64,000 nucleotides of DNA from Myxococcota bacterium (lineage in GTDB: Bacteria > Myxococcota_A > UBA9160 > JAFDDA01), in assembly GCA_965228475.1 (NCBI GenBank), contig OZ245817.1, positions 576,001 to 640,000 of the forward strand, written 5' to 3'. The notes beneath the pieces were generated by a model. That model ran no database searches. It worked only from the letters and a program-made list of their open reading frames with translations, and had not been told where the DNA came from. Position 1 is the stretch's first letter. The number at the start of each line of letters is the position of its first letter. Positions 9,796 through 19,182 of this stretch are shown one piece after another. The position numbers and the translations under genes were made by a program.

Positions 9796-10494
9796 TCAGG
9801 GGTCGTAGGACAGGCCTCCGGTGCGCTCTGCAACGCGATCGACGAAGCGGCCGAGGGAAGGGTACTTCGAGAGCATGGCGCGTCCCCCGCTGAAGGTGTC
9901 CGTGTGCAGGCCCAGGAGCGCGGAGAAGACCGAGAGGTCGGCCCGCGAGAGCTCGTCCGAATGGAAGAAGTTGCGGTCGCCGAGCATCGCCACGAGGTCC
10001 GAGAGCCTCCGCTCGAATTCCGGGTCCGTGTTGCGCGCTTGCAGGTCGAAGGCGGCGTCACCGAGGCTCCCGTCGTCGTCGATCACGCCGAGCCGGGCCA
10101 GCGGGCCCATGCGGTTGCCTTCGGCGTCGTGGGTCTCGGGCGTGCTCTCGGCCTGGCGCGCGAGCCCTCGCAGCAGGTAGAAGCGGAAGGTCTCTCCGAC
10201 CCAGTCGGAGATGCGGCGCTGTTCCTTGGCGACCTTCGGATCGCGCGAGAGCAGGGGTGGCTCGGGAAAGCGCTCCTCGATCGCATCGAGAATCGCCTCC
10301 GAGTCACCGATCCGCTCGCCGTCGATCTCGAGGATCGGGAGGAGGCCCGTCTCGGGGCTCCACCGGCGAAGCTCCGCCGGGCTCCCGGGCTCGCGGAACT
10401 CGAAGGGGACCCCCTTCAGGCGCAGGGCACGGATCACCTTCTGGGTGAAGGGCGTGATGCGGAGTCCGAGCAGGACGAGGTGGGGATCGCTCAG
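9796..10494 (-). CDS. glutathione S-transferase family protein (probable CTG start)
   Basis: TPFTQKV..LRLKGVPF, GLLPIL, DSEAI, ADLSVF; paralog of 43520..44218. Confidence 0.8.
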   Translation of the reverse strand: MSDPHLVLLGLRITPFTQKVIRALRLKGVPFEFREPGSPAELRRWSPETGLLPILEIDGERIGDSEAILDAIEERFPEPPLLSRDPKVAKEQRRISDWVGETFRFYLLRGLARQAESTPETHDAEGNRMGPLARLGVIDDDGSLGDAAFDLQARNTDPEFERRLSDLVAMLGDRNFFHSDELSRADLSVFSALLGLHTDTFSGGRAMLSKYPSLGRFVDRVAERTGGLSYDP

Positions 10495-11930
10495 GTTCGG
10501 CTCCTCGCCGGGGCGGTGGGTTCGGTTGCCGCGAAGAGGATAGCCGTGCCGTGCAGGGTGGCGACGACGTCCTGCGCGTCGAGGCGGTCGCGCGCCTGTT
10601 TCCACGGGCGGTCGAGCAGGCAGAGGTGCGCGGGGGCGCCGATCGCGATTCGGCGAGGGGAGGCGCCGGGTGCAGCGGCCGGGGTCGTGAAGAGCGCGAG
10701 CGCGCGCTCGGGAGGCAGCGCTTCGTCGGGAGCGAGGGCCGCACCCGCGGCGCTCCTCCGATCCACCGCCGCCTGCATCGCCCGCCAGGGGTCCGGGTCC
10801 CCGAACGGTGCATCGGTACCGCCTCCGAGCGCGACGCCGGCTTCGAGGAATCCCGCACACCGGTAGAGCCAGGGGAGCTCGCGGGCTTCCACTTCCTCGA
10901 GGTAGGCATCGCCCCGCTCGCGGATGAAGTTCGGCTGGGTGACGACGGCGACGCCGAGTGCGGCGAGCGTTCGAACCGCTTCGGGAGGAGCGATCGACGC
11001 GTGTTCGATGCGATCTCCCGAAAGCACGCCAGCGCCCTCGAGCGCCGCCGACGCGAACACCAGCTCCGTCCGGGTGACGCAATGGATCGCCACCGGCCGG
11101 CCGGCGGCGTGGCTCCGCGCGATCGCTCGCTCGAGCGCATCGAGGGTCGGGAGCCGCGACTCGCGCAGCAGGATCTTGAGCTCGCCGCGTTCGAGGCCCG
11201 GCGTGGTGGGCCGAGGCAGACCCTCGCTACCCATGATGCGGAGGGATTGCGTCAATGCACCCTTCGCGACGGCTTCGGCGAAATGCGCGAGCTCCTCGAG
11301 GCCATTGTGGGGCGTCGCGTCCGTGACGCCCGTGACGCCGAAGCCCGCGAGCTTGCGTCCGATGCGGGCGAGGTCCGGGAGGGCGCTCGATGGAAGTCGC
11401 TCTCGCAGCAGACCGTCGAGCCCGTGGAGGACGCCCGTCGGCCGGCCGCTCTCGTCGCGTTCGATTCCCTCGGCCGCAGTGTCTTCGTCTTCGAGACCGA
11501 GCGCGCGGAGCGCCGCGCCGTTCAGGAACCAGGCGGCGCCGCTCCGGTGTTGGATGCGCAGCGGGACCTCCGGCCGCAGCCGATCGAGCCGCCCCCGGTC
11601 GAGGCGCCCCGCCACGGACTCGTGGTAGCCGACGCCCCGAATCCAGCCTTCGATCGGCCTCGCCGCCGAGAGGCGGCGCTCGAGCTCCGCCGCGTCGTGC
11701 ACGGCCGGCGGGCCGCAGGGAACGGACTCTTCCGCGCGAGCCCAGGCCAACAGATGCAGGTGGTGGTCGTGGAGGCCCGGGAGCAGCGCGCCGCCGCGGG
11801 CCTCGATCGTCGCGGCTTCGTCCGGGAGGTCCGTGCCGATCGCCGCGATGCGGCCGTCCGAGATCCGCACGTCGCGAATCTCTCCGGCGAGGTCCACGCC
11901 GCGAAGCAGAAGGGCATCGGTGCGGCTCAT
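10491..11930 (-). CDS. amidohydrolase family 3 (YtcJ-like) protein
   Basis: LLPGLHDHHLH, VAIHC, RIEHAS, GGTDAP; ATGA overlap with the upstream CoA transferase. Confidence 0.88.
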   Translation of the reverse strand: MSRTDALLLRGVDLAGEIRDVRISDGRIAAIGTDLPDEAATIEARGGALLPGLHDHHLHLLAWARAEESVPCGPPAVHDAAELERRLSAARPIEGWIRGVGYHESVAGRLDRGRLDRLRPEVPLRIQHRSGAAWFLNGAALRALGLEDEDTAAEGIERDESGRPTGVLHGLDGLLRERLPSSALPDLARIGRKLAGFGVTGVTDATPHNGLEELAHFAEAVAKGALTQSLRIMGSEGLPRPTTPGLERGELKILLRESRLPTLDALERAIARSHAAGRPVAIHCVTRTELVFASAALEGAGVLSGDRIEHASIAPPEAVRTLAALGVAVVTQPNFIRERGDAYLEEVEARELPWLYRCAGFLEAGVALGGGTDAPFGDPDPWRAMQAAVDRRSAAGAALAPDEALPPERALALFTTPAAAPGASPRRIAIGAPAHLCLLDRPWKQARDRLDAQDVVATLHGTAILFAATEPTAPARSRT

Positions 11931-13165
11931 CGGATGCCGAACTCCCGAAGTACCGCGGCCGAGTCGGCGCCGAGGGCGCGGGCACGACCCCCGGCTTTCG
12001 GCGCTCGTGGCGGGCGCGCGGCGGGAACCGGCCCCGTGCGAACGGTTCCATCGAAGGCCCGCCGTGCCGCCCCGACGAGGGAGACGTCGACGCGGAGGCC
12101 ACCGTCTCCTTCGAGGGCGCGGAGCGCTTCGTCCGCCGCTTCGAGCCCCGCCAGCGGGTCCGCGATCGCGTCGCCGCAGAAGATCGGGCCGCGGCTCCGG
12201 CCCGACGCCCACCCGAGCCCTGCGGCGATCGCCGCGTCGTCGCCGAAGGCGACCCAGTCCGCACCCGGTCCGCGGGCGCCGTGGCCGGTGATCGAGAGCC
12301 AGCTGAGCCCCGGATGCTCCGCGAGGATCGCTTCGTCGTGCAGTCCGAGCTGGCGGAGGGCCCGCGGCCGCGAAGACTCGACGACGAGGTCGGCACGCGC
12401 GACGAGCCGCCGCAGGGCCTCTCGTCCCCCTCGCCGGGTGAAATCGAGCGCGACCGACTCCTTGCCGGCGTGGAGCCGGTCGAAGAACGCCGCCGGTCCG
12501 CCCCGCGCCGCATCCGGACGCGCCGTGCTCTCGACCTTGATGACGCGCGCGCCGGCGCGCGAGAGCAGCTGGGTGCAGAGCGGACCGGCCCAGAGCGACG
12601 AGAGGTCGATCACCACGGGCCGGGCGGGCGGGGCCGATCGGGCCAGGCCGAGCCGCTGGCGCCACGGCGGCCCGGCCGCGCGCCAACCTTCCGCGGCCGC
12701 CACGGCGAGGCCCATCATCCGCCCGCGCGCGACGAGTTCTTGGCAGCTCCGGTCCCCGACGGCGCTCGCGACGAACGCCCAGGTGTCTCCGCGCGCTTCG
12801 GCTTCGAGCCAGGCCGGGAGCAGGCTCCGGTCGTCGGGCCGCGCGAGGTTCAGGGCGATCCAGCCGTCTCGCGTGGCCAGCAGGCGGCACGAGCCGCCCG
12901 GCGAGACGCGCCCGCGCCGCCGGAGCCCGAGCACCGCCGCGCGTTCGCCGAGCAGGGAGGGTCCGTCGAGGGGTGGGAGCGCGTTCCCGACGCACGCCGC
13001 GGATCGGTCCTCGACGCGACTTGCGAGTTCCGCCGCACGCAGGGCGATCGACGCCGGCCCCACGCACGCGGAGCCGTCCGCCGGCCCCGTAAGGATCATC
13101 GCGCCGGAGCGAGCCCAGGCGTGCGTCGCCGGGTCCGGGGTCGTCGTCGCGTCGGGAGCGGCCAT
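11927..13165 (-). CDS. CaiB/BaiF family-III CoA transferase (atypical arrangement)
   Basis: DLSSLWAGP, GARVIKVES, GKESVALD, ADLVVESSRP; N-terminal half TRDGWIALN. Confidence 0.85.
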   Translation of the reverse strand: MAAPDATTTPDPATHAWARSGAMILTGPADGSACVGPASIALRAAELASRVEDRSAACVGNALPPLDGPSLLGERAAVLGLRRRGRVSPGGSCRLLATRDGWIALNLARPDDRSLLPAWLEAEARGDTWAFVASAVGDRSCQELVARGRMMGLAVAAAEGWRAAGPPWRQRLGLARSAPPARPVVIDLSSLWAGPLCTQLLSRAGARVIKVESTARPDAARGGPAAFFDRLHAGKESVALDFTRRGGREALRRLVARADLVVESSRPRALRQLGLHDEAILAEHPGLSWLSITGHGARGPGADWVAFGDDAAIAAGLGWASGRSRGPIFCGDAIADPLAGLEAADEALRALEGDGGLRVDVSLVGAARRAFDGTVRTGPVPAARPPRAPKAGGRARALGADSAAVLREFGIR

Positions 13166-13214
13166 CGCGGAAAGCATACTCGGAGCGCGCGGGGGTCGGA
13201 TACAATCGGCCGCC

Positions 13215-13523
13215 ATGAAGCTTCCCACCGGTGCCCGGTTCAAGAGCGCCGTCTGTGAGACCCAGGTGATGGTGATCGCTGCGCCCGAGGAGGACCTCGC
13301 GGTCACCTGCGGCGGGGCGCCGCTCCTGCCCCTCGACGCCGAGACGCCGGGCGACGCGACCCTCGACCCCTCCGCCGCCGACGGCTGCCAGATCGGCAAA
13401 CGCTACGTCGACGCGTCCGGCGATCTCGAACTGCTGTGCACGAAAGCGGGCGCGGGCAGCCTCGCGCTCGCCGGCGAGCCGCTCGGGCTGAAGGGCGCAA
13501 AGCCCCTGCCGAGTTCGGACTGA
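13215..13523 (+). CDS. small conserved-looking protein with two desulforedoxin-like half repeats
   Basis: MKLPTGARFKSAVCETQVMV...TCGGAP / GKRYVD...ELLCTKAGAGSL...PLPSSD; strong coding codon bias; TACAAT 8 nt upstream. Confidence 0.8.
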   Translation: MKLPTGARFKSAVCETQVMVIAAPEEDLAVTCGGAPLLPLDAETPGDATLDPSAADGCQIGKRYVDASGDLELLCTKAGAGSLALAGEPLGLKGAKPLPSSD

Positions 13524-13607
13524 TCTCCACGCCATGAAGCGGATGCCGCGGCTCGAGCGCGAACCCGAGCTCGTGCCCGTCGGGCCGCCGCGGCGGAGTG
13601 CCTCGCG

Positions 13608-15119
13608 ATGAACCTGATGATGCTGCTCGAGATGGCGAAGGAAAGCCACGCCGACCGGCGCGCCCTGACCTGTGGCGAGCGCTCCCACACCTACGGGGAG
13701 CTCTACGCTGCGGCCGGGCGGACGGCCGCAGCGCTGCGCAACCAGAGCCTCGCCCACGTCGCGCTGCTCGACGTTTCGACGCCCGCCGTTCCCTTCGCGC
13801 TGTTCGCGAGCGCCTGGGCCGGGCTCCCCTTCGTTCCGCTGAACTACCGCCTCGCCGACGAAGCCCTCGCCGGGCTCTTCGCGCGGATCGCTCCGGCTCG
13901 CCTCTTCGCCCACCCCGAGCGGAGCGCGCAGCTCGCCGCGCACGAAGGCCTCGACGTGACGGCGCGCGACGCACTGCTGGCAAGCGCCGAGGCCGGCGAC
14001 GTGCCCGAGGCCGATTGGAGCATGGACCCCGAAGAGATCGCGATCCTGCTCTTCACGAGCGGGACCACCGGCGAGCCGAAGGCCGCGGTGCTCCGCCACA
14101 AGAATCTCGTCTCGTACGTGCTCGGGACCGTCGAGTTCGCCGGCGCGGCCGAGGAGGACGCCGCGCTCGTGTGCGTCCCGCCCTACCACATCGCCGGAAT
14201 GGCCTCGGTCCTGACCTCGGTCTACGCCGGGCGCCGCATCGTCCAGCTCCCGGAGTTCGATCCGCACGCGTGGCTCCGCGTCGCCCGGGAGGAGTGCGTG
14301 ACCAACGCCTTCGTCGTTCCGACCATGATGTCGCGCATCCTCGACGCGCTCGAGGGCTCCCCGGCGGAGCTTCCGCACCTGCGCGCCCTCAGCTACGGCG
14401 GCGGCAAGATGCCGCGCCCCGTGATCGAGCGCGCCATGGAAGCCTTCCCCGGCGTCGCCTTCGCCAATGCCTACGGCCTGACCGAGACGAGCTCGACGCT
14501 CTCGATCCTCACGCCCGAAGATCACCGCGAGGCGATGGCGAGCGAAGCGCCCGCCGTGCGCCGCCGCATCGCTTCGGTCGGGAAGCCGCTGCCGGGCCTC
14601 GAGGTCGAGATCCGCGACGAGGCCGGCCGTGCCGTGCCGCCGGGCGTCGTCGGCGAGATCCACGTTCGCGGAGAGCAGGTCGCCGGGGAGTACCTCGGAC
14701 AGGGCAGCCGGTTCACGAGCGACGGCTTCTTCCCGACGCGCGACGGGGGCTTCCTCGACGACGCGGGCTACCTCTTCCTCGAGGGGCGCATCGACGACGT
14801 GATCGTGCGCGGGGGCGAGAACATGAGCCCCGGCGAGATCGAGGACGTGCTGCTCGGCCACGACGCCGTCGCCGACGTCTGCGTGGTCGGCACGGCCGAC
14901 GAGCAATGGGGCGAGGCCGTCGCCGCGGTGGTGGTGCTGCGTTCCGGTACGGCGGAGGACGATGCCCTCCGGCAGGCGCTCCGCGAACACGTCCGTGCCG
15001 CGCTCCGCGGTTCGCGCGTCCCCGCACGGATCGACTTTCGCCCGGCGCTGCCCTACAACGAGACCGGGAAGCTCCTGCGGCGGGAGGTGCGGGCGTGGCT
15101 CACGACGAAAGCGAACTAG
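13608..15119 (+). CDS. acyl-CoA synthetase (AMP-binding, ANL superfamily)
   Basis: FTSGTTGEPK, YGLTE, TRD, GRIDDVIVRGGEN, TGKLLRR. Confidence 0.93.
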   Translation: MNLMMLLEMAKESHADRRALTCGERSHTYGELYAAAGRTAAALRNQSLAHVALLDVSTPAVPFALFASAWAGLPFVPLNYRLADEALAGLFARIAPARLFAHPERSAQLAAHEGLDVTARDALLASAEAGDVPEADWSMDPEEIAILLFTSGTTGEPKAAVLRHKNLVSYVLGTVEFAGAAEEDAALVCVPPYHIAGMASVLTSVYAGRRIVQLPEFDPHAWLRVAREECVTNAFVVPTMMSRILDALEGSPAELPHLRALSYGGGKMPRPVIERAMEAFPGVAFANAYGLTETSSTLSILTPEDHREAMASEAPAVRRRIASVGKPLPGLEVEIRDEAGRAVPPGVVGEIHVRGEQVAGEYLGQGSRFTSDGFFPTRDGGFLDDAGYLFLEGRIDDVIVRGGENMSPGEIEDVLLGHDAVADVCVVGTADEQWGEAVAAVVVLRSGTAEDDALRQALREHVRAALRGSRVPARIDFRPALPYNETGKLLRREVRAWLTTKAN

Positions 15120-16129
15120 CGCACCGTTCCGAGCTGCTCGGGCTCGCCGAGGCGGCCGAGTGTCTCGCGTCCCCGTATGCGGAGGACGAGTACTCCGCGG
15201 CGAGCGGCGAGCCGTTGCTCGTGGTCGAACTCACCGGCGAGGCGCTTCCGAACGCGGAGGTCGCGCCGCTCGTCGATGCGCTCGCCGGCCTGGCCTGCGT
15301 GACCGTGGCGTTCGTGCCCGACGCGGCCGCGCCGGCCGCCGAAGGGCTCGCGGAGGCCTTCGACGTCCTCGTCGAGACCCCGGACGAGCTGGCGGCCCTC
15401 GACGAGCACGTCGGCCGCTCGCCCCTCGCCTCGACGGCCCTCGCTCAGCTGCTTCGCGGTACCGAGCGGCGCAGCCTCGAGCAGGGCCTCGTCGCGGAAT
15501 CCGTCACCTACTCGATGCTCCAGGCCGGCCCCGAGTTCGCGGCGTGGCTCGCGGCGCGGCCGACGCTCCGGCCGGAGGTGCCGGAGCGACCGCCCGTGCA
15601 GCTCTCCCGAGATGGCGCGCGCCTCGACGTATTGCTCGACCACCCGGCCAAGCGCAACGCCTACTCCGCCGCGATGCGCGACCTCCTCTGCGAGGGCCTC
15701 GAGCTCGCCGCGAGCGACGAAGCCATCGAGGAGGTCGTGCTGCGCGGCGCGGGCCCGGCCTTCTGCTCGGGCGGGGACCTCGACGAGTTCGGCCTGCTCG
15801 CGGACCCGGCCACCGCCCATGCGATTCGCACCACGCGCAGCGCCGCGCGCTGGCTCGCGCGGCTCGCTCCCCGCGTTCGCGCCGAACTTCACGGCCCGTG
15901 CATCGGAGCGGGCATCGAACTCCCGGCCTTCGCGGGCACCGTCCTCGCGGCCGAAGACACGACGCTCCACCTTCCGGAGGTCGACATGGGGCTCATCCCG
16001 GGCGCCGGCGGAACCGTCAGCCTGCCGCGGCGCATCGGCCGCCAGCGCACGGCCTGGCTCGCGCTCACCGGAACCCGCCTCGACCGCGAGACGGCGAAGG
16101 CCTGGAACCTCGTCGACGGGGACCTCTAG
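15095..16129 (+). CDS. enoyl-CoA hydratase/isomerase family protein with N-terminal extension
   Basis: KRNAY, FCSGGDL, CIGAGIEL, LPEVDMGLIPGAGG; GTG start after GGAGGT. Confidence 0.85.
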   Translation: MAHDESELAHRSELLGLAEAAECLASPYAEDEYSAASGEPLLVVELTGEALPNAEVAPLVDALAGLACVTVAFVPDAAAPAAEGLAEAFDVLVETPDELAALDEHVGRSPLASTALAQLLRGTERRSLEQGLVAESVTYSMLQAGPEFAAWLAARPTLRPEVPERPPVQLSRDGARLDVLLDHPAKRNAYSAAMRDLLCEGLELAASDEAIEEVVLRGAGPAFCSGGDLDEFGLLADPATAHAIRTTRSAARWLARLAPRVRAELHGPCIGAGIELPAFAGTVLAAEDTTLHLPEVDMGLIPGAGGTVSLPRRIGRQRTAWLALTGTRLDRETAKAWNLVDGDL

Positions 16130-16136
16130 CTCGGCC

Positions 16137-17354
16137 TCAGAGGATCGCGCCCGAGGCCTTGTACTCGAGCAGCCGCTCCATGTCGTAGCCGAGCTCCATC
16201 AGGACTTCGTCGGTCTGGGCGCCCATCTCGGGGCTCGTGCCGACGGGGACCGGACGCTCGTCGAACTGGACGGGGCTCGCGACGAGCCCGAACTCGATGC
16301 CGTCGCCGCGGTCGACTCGCGCGACGTAGCCGTTCTCGACGACCTGGGGGTCGTCGTGGAGTTCGGCGGCGCTCTGCATGGGCGCCCAGGGGCCTTCGAG
16401 CGTCACGAAGACCTCGCGCCACTCCTCGAGCGTCTTCTCCGCGAAGATCGCATCGAGGTCGGCGATGATCGCCTCGCGGTTCTTGAACCGCGCGCCGCCG
16501 TCCGCGCTCCTCGGATCGTCGATCCACTCGGGCCTGCCGACGTGGCGGCAGAAGTCCGGCCAGTGCTTGTCCGCCTGGAGCATCATCAGGAGCAGCCAGC
16601 GCTCGTCCTTCGTCTTGTAGGAGTTGCCGACGGGGTTCGGCGCGCCGCTCCGGCTGAAGGTCGGCGCGGCCCCCGGGCGGTCGATCAGCTTGCTCGCCAC
16701 GATGTCGGGCGAGAGCACCCACATCGCGGTGTTCAGCAGCGACACGTCGACGATGCCGGCCACGCCGGTCCGTTCCCGGCGAAGGAGCGCCGCAGCGATG
16801 CCGCCCGCGATGGTCATCGCACCGATGCCGTCGCCGAAGGCGGCCCGCTGCATGGTCGGGTTCTCCTGGCCGGCCGGCGTCAGCGCATGGGCGATGCCGC
16901 CGCGGCTCCAGAAGGCCGTGGCGTCGTAGCCGCCCTTGCCCGCATCGGGGCCCTTCGGGCCGTGCCCCGTCCCGCGCACGTAGATGCAGTTCGGGTTCAC
17001 CTTGCGGATGTCTTCCGGGTCGATCGCGAGGCGCGTCCGCGCGTCCGGCAGGAAGTTCGTGAGGAAGACGTCGGCGGTCTCGACCAGCCGGTAGAGCAGC
17101 TCGCGCCCGCCCTCGCTCGCGAGGTCGATGCCGACGCTGCGCTTCCCGCGGTTGCTCTGCTGCATCATGAAGTCGATGCCGCCCTCGGTGCTCTTGAAGC
17201 CGACGGCGGCGAGACCGCGCTGCCCGTCGCCCATCACCGGGTGCTCGATCTTGACGACGTCGGCGCCCCAATCCGCGCACACCGCGCCGGCGGCGGGAAC
17301 GAACCACCACTGGGCCACCTCGACGATCCGGATCCCTTCCATGGCGCCCTGCAT
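16137..17354 (-). CDS. CaiB/BaiF family-III CoA transferase
   Basis: GADVVKIEHP..GD, NRGKRSVGIDL, DVFLTNF, GYD. Confidence 0.92.
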   Translation of the reverse strand: MQGAMEGIRIVEVAQWWFVPAAGAVCADWGADVVKIEHPVMGDGQRGLAAVGFKSTEGGIDFMMQQSNRGKRSVGIDLASEGGRELLYRLVETADVFLTNFLPDARTRLAIDPEDIRKVNPNCIYVRGTGHGPKGPDAGKGGYDATAFWSRGGIAHALTPAGQENPTMQRAAFGDGIGAMTIAGGIAAALLRRERTGVAGIVDVSLLNTAMWVLSPDIVASKLIDRPGAAPTFSRSGAPNPVGNSYKTKDERWLLLMMLQADKHWPDFCRHVGRPEWIDDPRSADGGARFKNREAIIADLDAIFAEKTLEEWREVFVTLEGPWAPMQSAAELHDDPQVVENGYVARVDRGDGIEFGLVASPVQFDERPVPVGTSPEMGAQTDEVLMELGYDMERLLEYKASGAIL

Positions 17355-17391
17355 CGCGTGTCCTCCTCGGTTCCGTCGATCCTATCATGAA

Positions 17392-17409
17392 CTTACAGTG
17401 TGCTATAAG
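17392..17409. promoter_or_regulatory. candidate TetR operator between divergent genes
   Basis: Imperfect palindrome CTTACAG-TGTG-CTATAAG in an AT-rich 79-bp divergent spacer. Confidence 0.55.
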
Positions 17410-17433
17410 AATCCCGCGGCCGGGGAGGAGTCC

Positions 17434-18045
17434 ATGGGCGAGGCGCAGGCGGCTCCGGTCGGGCGGCGCGAGCAGCGCAAGCGAGAGGTCCGCGAGCGGA
17501 TCCTCGCCGCCGCCGAGGCGCTGTTCCTCGAGCAGGGCTTCGAGGCGACGACGGTGGACCAGATCGTCGAGGCGGCCGAGGTCGCCCAGAAGACCTTCTT
17601 CAACCACTTCCGGACGAAGCAGGCCGTGCTCGAGGTCGTCGCGAGCGCGCGGCTCGGCGTCTTCGAGCGCGCCGTGGCGTCGGCGCGCCGGGGTCCCGGC
17701 GGGACGCGGGAGCGGCTCGAGCGCACCTTCGACCGGCTCTCCCGCCGCGCGTCCGAAACGAGCGGCCTCGTCCGCGACCTCACCCTGCACGGCCTGCGCA
17801 CGGCTCGCCACGCCAAGGGGTTCGGGACGATGCAGGCGGCGATCGCGGACCTCCTGCGCGACGGTCAGCGGGCGGGCGACGTCCGCGAGGATCACGACCT
17901 CGAGTTCATGGCGGAGCTCGTCGTCGGCGCCTACAGCATGGTGATGATCCAGTGGGCGAAGGACGCCGACTACCCGGTCCGAGCGCGCCTGCGCGAGACG
18001 GCGCGCTTCCTCGGGGAAGCCGTGATGCCGAGGGAGGACGCATGA
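17434..18045 (+). CDS. TetR/AcrR-family regulator
   Basis: ILAAAEALFLEQGFEATTVDQIVEAAEVAQKTFFNHFRTK; SD GAGGAG. Confidence 0.92.
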   Translation: MGEAQAAPVGRREQRKREVRERILAAAEALFLEQGFEATTVDQIVEAAEVAQKTFFNHFRTKQAVLEVVASARLGVFERAVASARRGPGGTRERLERTFDRLSRRASETSGLVRDLTLHGLRTARHAKGFGTMQAAIADLLRDGQRAGDVREDHDLEFMAELVVGAYSMVMIQWAKDADYPVRARLRETARFLGEAVMPREDA

Positions 18046-18893
18046 AGAATCTCGAAGGACGAACCGCCGTCGTAACGGGCGCGGCGAGCGGGATCGGCCT
18101 GGCGATGGTGCGTTGCTTCACCCGTGCCGGCATGCGCGTCGCCATGGCCGACGTCGAGCGGGGGGCGCTCGCGACCGCGGCGCGCGAGTTCGATCCGGCG
18201 GGCGTTCTCCCCGTCGTCACGGACGTGAGCGACGCCCGCGCCGTGACCGAGCTCGCGGACCGTGCCCAGGAGGCCTTCGGCGCCGTCCATCTGGTCTGCA
18301 ACAACGCGGGCGTGTTCACGGGCGGCCTTTCCTGGGAGGCGCCCCAGGAAGACTGGGACTGGGTCTTCGGCGTGAACGTCCAGGGCGTCGTGAACGGCCT
18401 TCGGACCTTCGTGCCGCGCCTGCTCGAGCAGGGCGAGGGGCACGTGGTGAATACGGCGTCCATGGCCGGCGTCACCGCGACGCCGCTCACCGGCGTCTAC
18501 AACGCGAGCAAGCACGCCGTCGTCTCCCTTTCGGAGACGCTCTACCTGGAGCTCGAGGCGCAGGACGCCGACGTCGGCGTCTCCGTCGTCTGCCCGGAGG
18601 CCGTGCGCACCGGCATCGCCCGCGCCGAACGCAACCGCCCCGACGGGCGCCGCATCCCCGAGACCGCCCTCAGCAAGGAGCGGCAGGTGGTGGGGCAGGC
18701 GATCACCGCGGCCGCGGAGGCGGGGCTCGACCCGGCCGTCATCGCCGAGCGCACGCTTCGCGCCGTCGAGGAAGGCCGCTTCTGGGTGCTCGCCGAAGAC
18801 GAGTTCTGGCGCCAGGCCTGCCTGAACCGTCTCGAAGGGATCCGCCGCCAGGAGAACCCGGGCTTCCGGGCGCCGGAGGGCTACGAGGACTGA
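18042..18893 (+). CDS. SDR oxidoreductase
   Basis: TGAASGIG, CNNAGV, NTAS, YNASK; ATGA overlap. Confidence 0.92.
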   Translation: MKNLEGRTAVVTGAASGIGLAMVRCFTRAGMRVAMADVERGALATAAREFDPAGVLPVVTDVSDARAVTELADRAQEAFGAVHLVCNNAGVFTGGLSWEAPQEDWDWVFGVNVQGVVNGLRTFVPRLLEQGEGHVVNTASMAGVTATPLTGVYNASKHAVVSLSETLYLELEAQDADVGVSVVCPEAVRTGIARAERNRPDGRRIPETALSKERQVVGQAITAAAEAGLDPAVIAERTLRAVEEGRFWVLAEDEFWRQACLNRLEGIRRQENPGFRAPEGYED

Positions 18894-18906
18894 GCTCCGC
18901 CGGTGC

Positions 18907-19182
18907 CTAGGCGGGCGGACCCGCCCGGCGAAGCGCCTCGGTCGCCAGCCGTTCGAGGGCGAAGAGCCGGCGTCGAAGCCGGAGCACGACTTCGACGCCC
19001 GCGGCGTTGACCTCGAGGTCGTGCATCAGCACGGTGGCGACGCGAAGCTCCTCCGCTTCTTCGAGCAGGAGCTCCTCGGCCTCGAAGAGCCCCTCCTCGC
19101 GGAGCGATTCGATCACCCCGGCCCGCTCGACCCCGAGGTAGGCGAGCAGCTCGCGGACTCGGACGCGCTCCCGCCCACTCAC
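18907..19182 (-). CDS. cbpM: chaperone modulator CbpM-like (MerR-like) protein
   Basis: DLEVNAAGVEVVLRL motif; GTGA-coupled downstream of a DnaJ-class gene. Confidence 0.75.
   Translation of the reverse strand: MSGRERVRVRELLAYLGVERAGVIESLREEGLFEAEELLLEEAEELRVATVLMHDLEVNAAGVEVVLRLRRRLFALERLATEALRRAGPPA

Noticed and set aside
10491..14990. 1499-aa ORF and other very long Arg/Pro/Ala-rich ORFs (e.g. 10551..13523, 19297..22158, 21413..24037, 56665..59865)
   Set aside because: These are shadow frames caused by stop-codon scarcity in GC-rich DNA. Only terminal portions of some are real genes (the amidohydrolase and the small protein).
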